Source: Saccharofermentans sp.
GTDB lineage: Bacteria; Bacillota; Clostridia; Saccharofermentanales; Saccharofermentanaceae
NCBI GenBank assembly: GCA_024682215.1
Contig: JAIKZM010000088.1
Span: forward strand, 25,345 to 89,344
Length of the DNA: 64,000 bases
Reading direction: 5' to 3'
Shown here: positions 19,086 through 30,596 of the stretch, piece by piece
Layout: every line of letters starts with the position of its first letter
Position numbering within the stretch: position 1 is the stretch's first letter
The notes under the pieces: model-generated
What the model saw: only the letters and a program-made list of their open reading frames with translations
What the model was told of the DNA's origin: nothing
The model's database searches: none
Program-made: the position numbers and the translations under genes

Positions 19086-19580
19086 TCACTCCTCTTCCTC
19101 ATCGTCATCATCTTCAATACGGTAGACTTTTCCGTCAACCGATTTGTCGATGAACAGGATACCGTCAAGATGGTCATTTTCATGGCAGATGCATCTTGCG
19201 AGAAGATCATCAGCCTCAAGAACAAACTCATTGCCGTTGCGGTCTAAAGCCTTAACCTTTATATGGCTGGGGCGTTCGACTTCGCAAGTCTTTCCGGGAA
19301 CGGAAAGGCATCCTTCACCGCCGACCTGCGAACCGCTGGCCTCAATGATCTCGGGATTGATAAACTCGATCTTTCCGTGATCATCTCCGACATCGACAAC
19401 GAAAACACGTCTCAATACGCCAACCTGAGGAGCAGCGATACCTATACCTCTGTTTTCGTAATACATGGTATCTGCGAGATCATCAAGAAGCTTAAGAATC
19501 CTGGGCGTTATTTCGTCAACGGTACGGGATTTCTTCCTGAGAAGCGGATCCCCTTCTATTACAAGATTACGTAAAGCCAT
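19086..19580 (-). CDS. def: Peptide deformylase
   Basis: GIGIAAPQVG, EGCLS, HENDHLDG. Confidence 0.97.
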   Translation of the reverse strand: MALRNLVIEGDPLLRKKSRTVDEITPRILKLLDDLADTMYYENRGIGIAAPQVGVLRRVFVVDVGDDHGKIEFINPEIIEASGSQVGGEGCLSVPGKTCEVERPSHIKVKALDRNGNEFVLEADDLLARCICHENDHLDGILFIDKSVDGKVYRIEDDDDEEEE

Positions 19581-19613
19581 TTAATTACCTCACAAACAAT
19601 TATTTAACAGTTC

Positions 19614-20867
19614 TCAGAAATCCCATGAAGAAATATATTTCTTCTGTTCTTCCGTAAGCGTATCGATGTTGATCTTTTTTGTTGCAAGAAGGATCTCGGC
19701 AACCCTGTTATCGATGACTTCGGGAGTCTGATATACATCGATCGGAAGACGCTCTTTCTGTGTAGCGATATACATGGCAGACTGTGCCTGAAGTGCAAAG
19801 CTCATGTCCATGATCTCTACAGGATGTCCGTCACCTGAAGCGAGGTTTACAAGTCTTCCCTCGGCTATTACGCAGACGGTCTTTCCGTTTTCGAGCTTAT
19901 ATCCGATAACGTTGTGACGGAGCTCATTCTCGGAAACGGCAATTGCCTTAATGTCCTTCATGCTGACTTCACAGTCAAAGTGACCTGCGTTGCAGCAAAC
20001 GGCGCCGTCCTTCATCATGAGGAAATGCCTGGAAGTAATGACATCCTTGCATCCGGTTACAGTGACGAAGAAATCACCCAAAGGAGCTGCCTCGTCCATT
20101 GTCATGACAGTATATCCTTCCATAAGAGCTTCACAAGCCTTTACGGGATCTATCTCGGTAACGATGACCTTGGCACCAAGACCCTTTGCCCTCATCGCAA
20201 CTCCCCTGCCGCACATTCCGTAACCTGCAACGACTACGGTCTTTCCTGCTACGACAAGATTTGTTGTAGCCATGATGGCAGTCCAGACGGATTGGCCCGT
20301 TCCGAATCTGTTATCGAAAAGATGCTTGCATCTTGCATCATTGACTGCGACTACGGGATAAGCAAGCTTTCCTTCTTTTTTTAGTATCTCAAGACGGTGA
20401 ACGCCTGTCGTGGTCTCTTCACATCCGCCCAAGATGTTGGGTGCAAGGTCCTTAAGCTCAGAATGCAGCAACAGGGCCAGGTCTCCGCCGTCATCGATGA
20501 CGATGTCGGGTCCGAATTCGAGAGTCTTCTTAAGGCGTCCAAAATAATCAGTTTCTGAATCGCCGTGTACAGCATAAACGCTCATCATTCCGCCTGCAGC
20601 AAGAGCAGCGGCAACGTCATCCTGGGTAGACAGAGGATTGCATCCTGTGATGGCAACCTCAGCTCCGCCTCTTGCGAGAGCTCTGGCAAGGCATGCCGTC
20701 TTAGCTTCAACGTGTACGGATACAGAGATCTTCAGTCCTTTAAACGGCTGCTTTTCGATCAGTTCCGCTTCGATGGCACGAAGGACCGGCATGTTGCGGT
20801 ATGCCCATTCGATCTTCTCAAGGCCATAGGGTGCAAGGCTTATATCATTAACCTCATAAGCGTGCAT
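19614..20867 (-). CDS. ahcY: S-adenosylhomocysteine hydrolase
   Basis: CNPLSTQD, DDGGD, EETTTG, KHLFDNRFGTGQS, GYGMCGRG, NAGHFD, EGRLVNL...GHP. Confidence 0.96.
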   Translation of the reverse strand: MHAYEVNDISLAPYGLEKIEWAYRNMPVLRAIEAELIEKQPFKGLKISVSVHVEAKTACLARALARGGAEVAITGCNPLSTQDDVAAALAAGGMMSVYAVHGDSETDYFGRLKKTLEFGPDIVIDDGGDLALLLHSELKDLAPNILGGCEETTTGVHRLEILKKEGKLAYPVVAVNDARCKHLFDNRFGTGQSVWTAIMATTNLVVAGKTVVVAGYGMCGRGVAMRAKGLGAKVIVTEIDPVKACEALMEGYTVMTMDEAAPLGDFFVTVTGCKDVITSRHFLMMKDGAVCCNAGHFDCEVSMKDIKAIAVSENELRHNVIGYKLENGKTVCVIAEGRLVNLASGDGHPVEIMDMSFALQAQSAMYIATQKERLPIDVYQTPEVIDNRVAEILLATKKINIDTLTEEQKKYISSWDF

Positions 20868-20880
20868 AGTCAGTTCTCCT

Positions 20881-21719
20881 TTACATGCGTTTTATGAATT
20901 CTTTTACAAGAGCACAGCTCTGCGCTGATGCGGCATTTGCCGTGTCCAGTACTTCCTTTTCACTGAGCGGCCCTGCATTGATGCCGGCAGCCATATTCGT
21001 AATGCAGGATATTCCGGCAACGCGAAGCCCCATATGTGAAGCGCATACCGCCTCGGGAACTGTGGACATTCCGACACAGTCAGCTCCTAATGTGCGGAGT
21101 GCTCTGATCTCTGCGGGTGTCTCATACTGCGGGCCTTTCATATAAGCGTAAACGCCGCGTGAAAGCTTTATACCGAGATCTTTAGCGCAGTCTTCGAGAA
21201 GAGTAACCAGTTCCCTGTCATATACACAGCTCTGATCAGGGAATCTTGTTCCGAGCTCATCAAGATTCTGGCCTCTCAATACCGACTCGCAGTAGAAAGA
21301 CAGATGATCGGTAATGGCAACGAATTCAGGCGGAGTCATCTCTGTGTTGATACCGCCTGCAGCATTTGTAAGTACAAGTGTATTTACGCCAATAAGGCCA
21401 AGGACTCTGATATAGAAAACGAGAGTCTCGATCGGATATCCTTCATAATAGTGGAATCTGCCGTTCATCATGAAGACATCCTTACCGGAAAGATTTCCTG
21501 CGATCAGGGTTCCGGCATGACCTGGAGCCGTTGAATTCGGGAAATCCGGGATATCCGAATAAGGAACGGAAAAATACTTGTCACAAACCTCTGTAAGCGG
21601 GCCGAGTCCTGAACCGAGGACCAGGCATATCTCAGGCACTTTCCTGCCTTCGAGACGGCTTATAATGTAGTTACCTGCATATTTTAAAGATTTAAAGTAT
21701 TCTTCCTTATTATCTATCA

Positions 21720-21720
<1 letters not shown>
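20881..21720 (-). CDS. punA: Purine nucleoside phosphorylase (trimeric NP-I type)
   Basis: VLGSGLG, GHAG, GRFHYYEG, TNAAGG, GPQYETPAE, VGMSTVPE. Confidence 0.92.
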
Positions 21721-24509
<2,789 letters not shown>

Positions 24510-24971
24510 TTACTCCGATTTCTCCTCTTGTTCTTTATTGTCGCGTTCGTTTAAACGTTTTAATGCGGTCCTGTAACCGCCATCGGGATTGATGTAGCAT
24601 GTTTTAACACGTGAAATAGTCGTAGAACTGACCTTGGTGCTGCTTCTTGCCTTACCGCGCACTCTGCCGCTTCCGCGCTTCTCACCGGAAACTTCAGAAG
24701 GATTCTCGGTTTCCGTTGATCCGGAAAGCTCCTTGATGATCTCCTCGTAGCTCTTTCCCTGCTCGATCCTTCGTACGATCTGCCAACGGTGAAGAAATGA
24801 CTGAAGTTCGTTGACCGAACACAGATCCTTGAAAAACTTATGAACTTCCTCGGGATTTTGCAGTGTCAGGATCGCGTTATAAAGATCCGTGAGTTCTTCC
24901 ATCTCACTGTCGTTAAACGCAGCAGCGAATTTCATTTCATTTCTGTCCTTGTTCTTGATCATCCGGTTCAC
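24510..24971 (-). CDS. YerC/YecD (TrpR-like) protein with an internal insertion
   Basis: LYNAILTL...FFKDLCSVNELQSFLHRWQI...GKSYEEI...SSTTISRVKTC...GGYR. Confidence 0.8.
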   Translation of the reverse strand: MNRMIKNKDRNEMKFAAAFNDSEMEELTDLYNAILTLQNPEEVHKFFKDLCSVNELQSFLHRWQIVRRIEQGKSYEEIIKELSGSTETENPSEVSGEKRGSGRVRGKARSSTKVSSTTISRVKTCYINPDGGYRTALKRLNERDNKEQEEKSE

Positions 24972-25201
24972 CCTACAGGATTGCTTACATAATCAAGGAA
25001 AAACTTGCCGAATCCCATGAAGAAAACGACAAAAACGATCGTAAGGATAAGGACAGCCAGCATGCCCATGAGACATCTTGAAAAGAAAAGGTTCTTCTTG
25101 GCCTTTCTTAGAGTGTCTCCGATAGACAGATTTGCGGTGCTGTCCGTATTGATCCTTGAATTGGCAAGGCTTGGTGTTCTGACAGTGTTTTCGTGTTTCA
25201 A
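24968..25201 (-). CDS. Small single-TM hypothetical protein
   Basis: SD GGAGG before TTG at 25201; hydrophobic helix LMGMLAVLILTIVFVVFFM; stop overlaps the YerC-like start. Confidence 0.55.
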   Translation of the reverse strand: MKHENTVRTPSLANSRINTDSTANLSIGDTLRKAKKNLFFSRCLMGMLAVLILTIVFVVFFMGFGKFFLDYVSNPVG

Positions 25202-25308
25202 ACAAGATACCTCCAAATTTACCGATATATGATAACGCAATATCAAATTTAATACAATAAATTAAATAAAAGGAAATATCCTGTCAAAGTTCATTTCTTG
25301 ACGTTATT

Positions 25309-26298
25309 TCAGGAGTATTTGGCTGATTTCCCGTATTCACTGATCACAAGATCAACGCCTTTGCTCCTGGCATACTCTTTAAGAGATTCTACCGTACTTT
25401 TGCGGTCCTGAGGCGAATTTTTGGGGATTACGACCGTAAGCTTTCTGTTATTTATGTTCTTAACGCTGTATTCCTTCCCGTTTATCACCTTGTCCGCGCC
25501 GTTAAATGAGCTCAGCCGGTCTATGTCGTCCTTTATGCTCTTGGTGATCTTGGACTTGCTCTTATAGTATGGAGCAGTAAGGTCGATGGATTTGAGCGAA
25601 CCCACGCTGCCATTGTCGTTGCTGTCTATGACCGGATATGTTTTCGGAAGATTTGTACCGTAGATCTTGCGGAACTGATCTCCTCTGTTGAAATTATCAA
25701 GGCTCCAGATGTCTCCGCTCTTATCTGACGGTCCGTCACCCTGAAGGATCAAAGAAGAATCCCCGTACATCGGTATAACCGAATAAACAGTCCTGCTCTT
25801 CTTTCCTGCCACGGTTATAACCGAATAATCGACAGTAACTTCGATGATGTGCCTTTTGCTGCTTATATCGAACCTGACGTCAATGTCTTCCGGACAAAAG
25901 AAAGCAGATCCGCCATTTCTCTGCTTATAGTATTTGACTATGTTCTTTGCCATCGTACCCGCCAGAACGCCTTCCAGGACCGATTCCTCAAGCTTATAGC
26001 CTGTTGCGCTGTCTATTCCGCCTACGGCTTTAGCAACCGTACCTAAGACAGATCCTGCCTTTGTGCCTTCGATCCCTGTATCGGGGAAAGCATTCAACAG
26101 CACAGAAACCGCATCCCCGGCCGGTACGGTAAGCGGATACAACAGCGACATGTTCTCACAGCACTGGTTTACCGACCTTGTCATGAGGATATCCGTCCTG
26201 TAAAGGTTAATTGCACTTATCATGCATGCCAGAAGTATGAGCACTCCCGTAAAGCATATTGCTGATTCGATCGTTATTCCGCCTTTTTTGTTTTTCAT
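25309..26298 (-). CDS. TadE-like minor pilin fused to a C-terminal CdiA-CT EC869-like nuclease-fold domain
   Basis: Prepilin leader MKNKKG|GITIE plus hydrophobic helix. C-terminal WSLDNFNRG...NLPKTYPVID...SLKSIDLTA...NRKLTVVIPKN...EYARSKGVDLVI. Confidence 0.75.
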   Translation of the reverse strand: MKNKKGGITIESAICFTGVLILLACMISAINLYRTDILMTRSVNQCCENMSLLYPLTVPAGDAVSVLLNAFPDTGIEGTKAGSVLGTVAKAVGGIDSATGYKLEESVLEGVLAGTMAKNIVKYYKQRNGGSAFFCPEDIDVRFDISSKRHIIEVTVDYSVITVAGKKSRTVYSVIPMYGDSSLILQGDGPSDKSGDIWSLDNFNRGDQFRKIYGTNLPKTYPVIDSNDNGSVGSLKSIDLTAPYYKSKSKITKSIKDDIDRLSSFNGADKVINGKEYSVKNINNRKLTVVIPKNSPQDRKSTVESLKEYARSKGVDLVISEYGKSAKYS

Positions 26299-26303
26299 AA
26301 ACC

Positions 26304-27668
26304 TCACCCGTAAAGCGCATAGCTCCTTGTAACGCTGATCTTCTTTATTCCCGTGTCTGCTGAAGCCGTGATGCCCGTATAGAGTTCGCCAAAATCCCTC
26401 CTTAAGACCAAAAGCCCTCTTTCAAGCATCAGGTTGTCCGGCACTGCCTGCATGAACAGAAACAGGAAATCCCTGTAGCCTGCCGTAACGATCTTTTTGC
26501 CGTTCTTCTCATACAAAGCGACACGTTCGCCTTTGCCCAGTGTCTGAATATCCCTTCCTGCTTTAAACGTCGCTATCAGAACTATCAGCGCTACCGTGAT
26601 TATCCTGTAGTCGATCTCGACAGAGCCCTCTGATACGGCAGCGATGATCGCAGATATGACCTTGGATACGGCATCGACCTTAGTGCGGTATTCCTTATCC
26701 GTGTAATCCTTCAGGAAATTCGTACCTGTCAGTACCTGCATAAGGAGAAAATTGACCGCAGCAATAGCTGCATTTCCTGTAAGACCCGTAAGTATGTATT
26801 CAGAATCTGACTTGTTCTTACTGTGCATGCTCGAAAAATCCGTTCCGTTGATCGATGAATCGATATCCTGCTTCAAAAAACAGTCGAAATTGTAAGAGAA
26901 ATAGTTTGCCTCATATATGTGGGATGCAAGTTTGAAGCTGGTATTGCCGAGTTTCTCATGAAGATCGATCAGTCCTTCAAAAAGACCTATCGCAGGTTTC
27001 ATATCCTTGATGCTGATATTGAACGAAAGATCCTTGAGATCATTGTCTCCGCCTTCAAGTTGCTTCTTCAGAGTATCGAAGAGACCGAGTTCTTTCTTGA
27101 AATCGTCTATCTTGAGCTTCTCGCCTGCTTTTTCAAACCAGGAACTGATCTTCTCGGCACCCTGGATGATCTCCGTCACATAACCCGCTGCAGGGCTTGA
27201 AGTGTATTCCTTGATCTTCTTGAGGACATCCGAATCGATAAGCTCGCCGATCATTTCGGAGAAGACGTCAGCTACCTGTATCAGAGCGATCCCCGTAGCC
27301 CTGTAGGAATAATACATGCCGATGGCATCCTTGAAAGCTTTGGTATCGATCTTCCTGTACCCTGCCAGATCGAGCTGGGGGCCCTCCTTATAGCCGCAAG
27401 CGAGCAATGCAGAACGGTATACGTCATCATCGACAACGGTCTTGGTGAACGCATATACGCCGTAAACGTCAAACAACCGGCGGTCATATTCGCACATAAT
27501 GCTCTCGACCTGCGCATCAACCGCGTTGTTAACCTTGGTGATGTAATCGAGCTCCCAGACAAAAGCAAGGAACGTGCATTCAACAAGGATAACCGCGGAA
27601 AGGATTATGGCAAGGAACACCGAAGATGCCCCATAACGGTACTTTCTGTTCTTTAAGTTCCGTCTCAT
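26304..27668 (-). CDS. TadG-like / DUF5702-like pilus-associated protein
   Basis: Basic leader MRRNLKNRKYRYG|ASSVFLAIILS; YDRRLFDVYGVYAF, EYILTG and YRDFLFLF motifs as in clostridial tad-locus proteins. SD GAGGGTG. Confidence 0.7.
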   Translation of the reverse strand: MRRNLKNRKYRYGASSVFLAIILSAVILVECTFLAFVWELDYITKVNNAVDAQVESIMCEYDRRLFDVYGVYAFTKTVVDDDVYRSALLACGYKEGPQLDLAGYRKIDTKAFKDAIGMYYSYRATGIALIQVADVFSEMIGELIDSDVLKKIKEYTSSPAAGYVTEIIQGAEKISSWFEKAGEKLKIDDFKKELGLFDTLKKQLEGGDNDLKDLSFNISIKDMKPAIGLFEGLIDLHEKLGNTSFKLASHIYEANYFSYNFDCFLKQDIDSSINGTDFSSMHSKNKSDSEYILTGLTGNAAIAAVNFLLMQVLTGTNFLKDYTDKEYRTKVDAVSKVISAIIAAVSEGSVEIDYRIITVALIVLIATFKAGRDIQTLGKGERVALYEKNGKKIVTAGYRDFLFLFMQAVPDNLMLERGLLVLRRDFGELYTGITASADTGIKKISVTRSYALYG

Positions 27669-27679
27669 AACGGTCACCC

Positions 27680-27961
27680 TCAGCTTGCGAGACTCGCCGC
27701 TTTTCCGTAAACGAGACGGAAATTGTCTGACAGTCCGGTCAGATAAGTGCAAAGCCTCTCAGGAGAAGCATCATATGAAACTGCATAACCGATCTTCTTC
27801 TCATTAAGAAGCTTACCGTCACGGTTTTGAAACCCGCATTCCTCAAAGCCGTACCTGCAGTCGTCAAAAGCCCCGATCGCCGTGGATTCAGGTGCTGTTA
27901 CCATGAAAGTCAGCAAAGTAAGTATCAAAGAGAATACGACCGCCGATTCAAGTGTGGACAT
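27680..27961 (-). CDS. TadE-like minor pilin (short)
   Basis: MSTLESAVVFSLILTLLTFMV has Glu at +5 and a hydrophobic helix; SD GGAGGTG; ...PERL near the C-terminus. Confidence 0.7.
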   Translation of the reverse strand: MSTLESAVVFSLILTLLTFMVTAPESTAIGAFDDCRYGFEECGFQNRDGKLLNEKKIGYAVSYDASPERLCTYLTGLSDNFRLVYGKAASLAS

Positions 27962-28019
27962 ACAATTCACCTCCGGAAAAGATTTCGAACATCTTACTAC
28001 CGGAAAGTATTTGATCTAC

Positions 28020-28048
28020 CTTACAAATACCGACAAATACCGACAAAG
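28020..28048 (-). promoter_or_regulatory. 29-bp element of 10-bp direct repeats upstream of the Tad-like cluster (copy 1)
   Basis: Minus strand C-TTTGTCGGTA-TTTGTCGGTA-TTTGTAAG; near-identical copy at 45497-45525. Confidence 0.8.
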
Positions 28049-28072
28049 AAAAGCGCCCGGGATTCCGGGCGC
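28045..28072 (-). terminator. Rho-independent terminator of pheST
   Basis: Minus strand GCGCCCGG-AATC-CCGGGCGC followed by TTTTCTTT. Confidence 0.85.
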
Positions 28073-28161
28073 AAATTTCTTAAAAGCATTGATCTTATTG
28101 AGCTTCGAGGCATTTTAACAATGCCTGTCCGCTATATTAACCTATTAAACGGTTTTGCGCA

Positions 28162-30579
28162 TCAGGCACGGAGCGTGATGCCGTACTTCTCGCCGAGGTT
28201 TGCAAGGATCGTACTTACGAATCCGTCGATGACCTCAGGCTTGAACTCCTCGTCCTCAGGCGTGAAGACTACGCTGAAAGCAAGGCTCTTCTTGTTGATT
28301 CCGAGCTGGATGCCTTCATAGATATCGAAAAGCTCGATCTTTGTGATGTACTCACATGAAGCTTTGATCTCCTTCTCGACATCAGCACAGGTTATGGACT
28401 TATCCATAACGAAGCAGAAGTCGCGCTTCTCCTCATTGAACTTCGGAAGCGGAATGAACTTTCTTTCCTTTCCGTAGTACTTGCTCAATGTGCGCAGATC
28501 GATCTCTGCAACGAAAGCAGGAACTCGCATGTCGAGCTCATCGCAGATCTCATAGAGGACCTGGCCGAGATAACCGACTTCTTCACCGTTGCAGATCACT
28601 TTTGCTGTCCTTCCGGGATGCAGGAACGTCTTTACATCTTTCTCATAATCGAATTCGACATCAAGAGATGTGGCGATCACATCGACAAGACCCTTGAGTG
28701 AGTAGAAATCCTCACCTTCACCGAACACGCCGATGCAGATCGTCTCGCGCTCGTCAGGATATTCCGTGAGAGGCAGAGACTTGGGGATGAACTTATTGCC
28801 CATCTCGTAGATACGGCCCGTAAGTATTCCGTTCTTCTGGTTGCGAGCCATGGCCTTGATCATCTGAGGTGCCAGCGTCGTACGCATCAGAGAAAGATCG
28901 ATGTTGATGGGGTTCAGAATCTTGATGGCAGATCTCTCCGGAGCATCCTCAGGAAGCTTCAAAAGATCGAAATCCGACGGTGAGAAGAATGAATAGTGTA
29001 CACCTTCAGACGCGCCGGCAGCGCAAAGATCGCGCCTGATCTTAAGCTCGGAACGCTGCTTCAGGTTATAGCCGCCGCTTGTTACCTTTGCCGTGGGAAT
29101 GAATGTGGGAACGATGTGATCGTAACCGTACATACGGATGACTTCCTCGGCAACATCCTGATAAGACTCCATATCAACACGGTATCCGGGAATGGCGATC
29201 GTGAGAGAATCACCGTTAAGCTCCGGTGCGAAATTAAGGCCCGTAAGGATGCGGACGATGTCTTCATCGGGAACCGTGATACCAAGAACGCCATTGACCT
29301 GCTTAACGCTTACAGTAAGCTTTCTGGGCTCGATGGAATTGCCTGTGTTTACATCAAAAGCTGTTTTGCTCACCTTACCGCAGCCGAGTTCCTCGATCAG
29401 ATGCAGAGCTCTCTTCATGGCCATGACGGTCGTATATTCGTCAACGCCCTTGGAGAATCTCAACGATGAATCAGATACCTGGCCCAAAGCCTTCGAACTC
29501 TTACGGATATTGTCATGAGCAAACTTTGCGGCTTCGAACATGACAGCCTTTGTGGAATCGAGGATCTCAGAGTTGAGTCCGCCCATGATTCCAGCCAGCG
29601 CTACAGGTTTCTTACCGTCGCAGATAACGAGGTTGTCTGAAGTAAGTGAGAACTCCTTTTCATCGAGAGTTACTATCTTCTCGCCGTTTTCGGCACGGCG
29701 AACATGTATCTCTCCGCCTTCAAGGTACGAATAATCGAACGCATGCATCGGCTGGCCGAGCTCGTAAAGGACATAGTTTGTGATATCTACGACGTTGGAT
29801 ATCGCAGAGCATCCTACAAGAGCAAGTCGGCGCTTCATCCAGAGAGGCGATTCGCCTATAGTGACGTCAGAAACATAATGTCCGATGTATCTCGGGCAGA
29901 TATCAGGCGCGGATACGCGGATGTTGAAATCTATTGCAACATCGCTCTCCGTGTAATCAAGAGCAGGTTCCTTTAAAGGCTTGCCGAGAACAGCAGCCAC
30001 TTCCCTCGCAATTCCGAAGATGCTCTGGCAGTCAGGCCTGTTAGCCGTGATCGAAACATCGAAAATGTAATCATCAAGGCCTAAGATGGGCTTGACGTCC
30101 GCGCCCGGAACGCTGTCTTCGGGAAGGACCAAAAGTCCGTCATAGCCTGCACCCGGGAACATATCCTCAGTAACTCCGATCTCAACGCCGGAACAGAGCA
30201 TTCCGAACGAATCGTAACCTCTGAGCTTGCCCTGACCGATCGTCATGACGCCTTCAACGGTCTTATGGTCTTTTGCGGTCGCATAAACCTGAGCGCCGAT
30301 CAAAGCCAAAGGATACTTGCCGCCGGCAGCAACGTTATCAGCGCCGCAGCAGATCTGAAGCACACCGTTCTCACCCGCATCAACAGTGCAAAGGTGCAGG
30401 TGTGTGCCTTCGATCGGTTCGCAAGTCTTAACTTCGCCGACAACGACTTTGCTGATGTCCTTGCCAACTTCATACTTCTCCTCTACCTCGAAACCGCAGC
30501 TGAAGAGCTTCTCTTCAAGAACGTCCGGGGTAACGTCGATATCAACATAATCTTTAAGCCAACTTAATGGTACTAACAT
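28162..30579 (-). CDS. pheT: Phenylalanine-tRNA ligase beta subunit
   Basis: MLVPLSWLKDYV, SITANRPDC, DITNYVLYELGQPMHAFD, FDX-ACB C-terminus. Confidence 0.97.
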   Translation of the reverse strand: MLVPLSWLKDYVDIDVTPDVLEEKLFSCGFEVEEKYEVGKDISKVVVGEVKTCEPIEGTHLHLCTVDAGENGVLQICCGADNVAAGGKYPLALIGAQVYATAKDHKTVEGVMTIGQGKLRGYDSFGMLCSGVEIGVTEDMFPGAGYDGLLVLPEDSVPGADVKPILGLDDYIFDVSITANRPDCQSIFGIAREVAAVLGKPLKEPALDYTESDVAIDFNIRVSAPDICPRYIGHYVSDVTIGESPLWMKRRLALVGCSAISNVVDITNYVLYELGQPMHAFDYSYLEGGEIHVRRAENGEKIVTLDEKEFSLTSDNLVICDGKKPVALAGIMGGLNSEILDSTKAVMFEAAKFAHDNIRKSSKALGQVSDSSLRFSKGVDEYTTVMAMKRALHLIEELGCGKVSKTAFDVNTGNSIEPRKLTVSVKQVNGVLGITVPDEDIVRILTGLNFAPELNGDSLTIAIPGYRVDMESYQDVAEEVIRMYGYDHIVPTFIPTAKVTSGGYNLKQRSELKIRRDLCAAGASEGVHYSFFSPSDFDLLKLPEDAPERSAIKILNPINIDLSLMRTTLAPQMIKAMARNQKNGILTGRIYEMGNKFIPKSLPLTEYPDERETICIGVFGEGEDFYSLKGLVDVIATSLDVEFDYEKDVKTFLHPGRTAKVICNGEEVGYLGQVLYEICDELDMRVPAFVAEIDLRTLSKYYGKERKFIPLPKFNEEKRDFCFVMDKSITCADVEKEIKASCEYITKIELFDIYEGIQLGINKKSLAFSVVFTPEDEEFKPEVIDGFVSTILANLGEKYGITLRA

Positions 30580-30596
30580 ATCTTTGCCTCCTCACT

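Noticed and set aside
24968-25201. Small gene downstream of the pilin-nuclease fusion as an immunity protein or major Flp pilin
   Set aside because: It is separated by an AT-rich gap of about 100 nt, coupled to yerC-secA and membrane-bound, and it lacks a G|xxxxE prepilin motif.
28020-28048. Short direct repeats as a possible CRISPR array or iteron
   Set aside because: Only about three contiguous 10-bp units, no spacers, and no cas or rep gene in the window.
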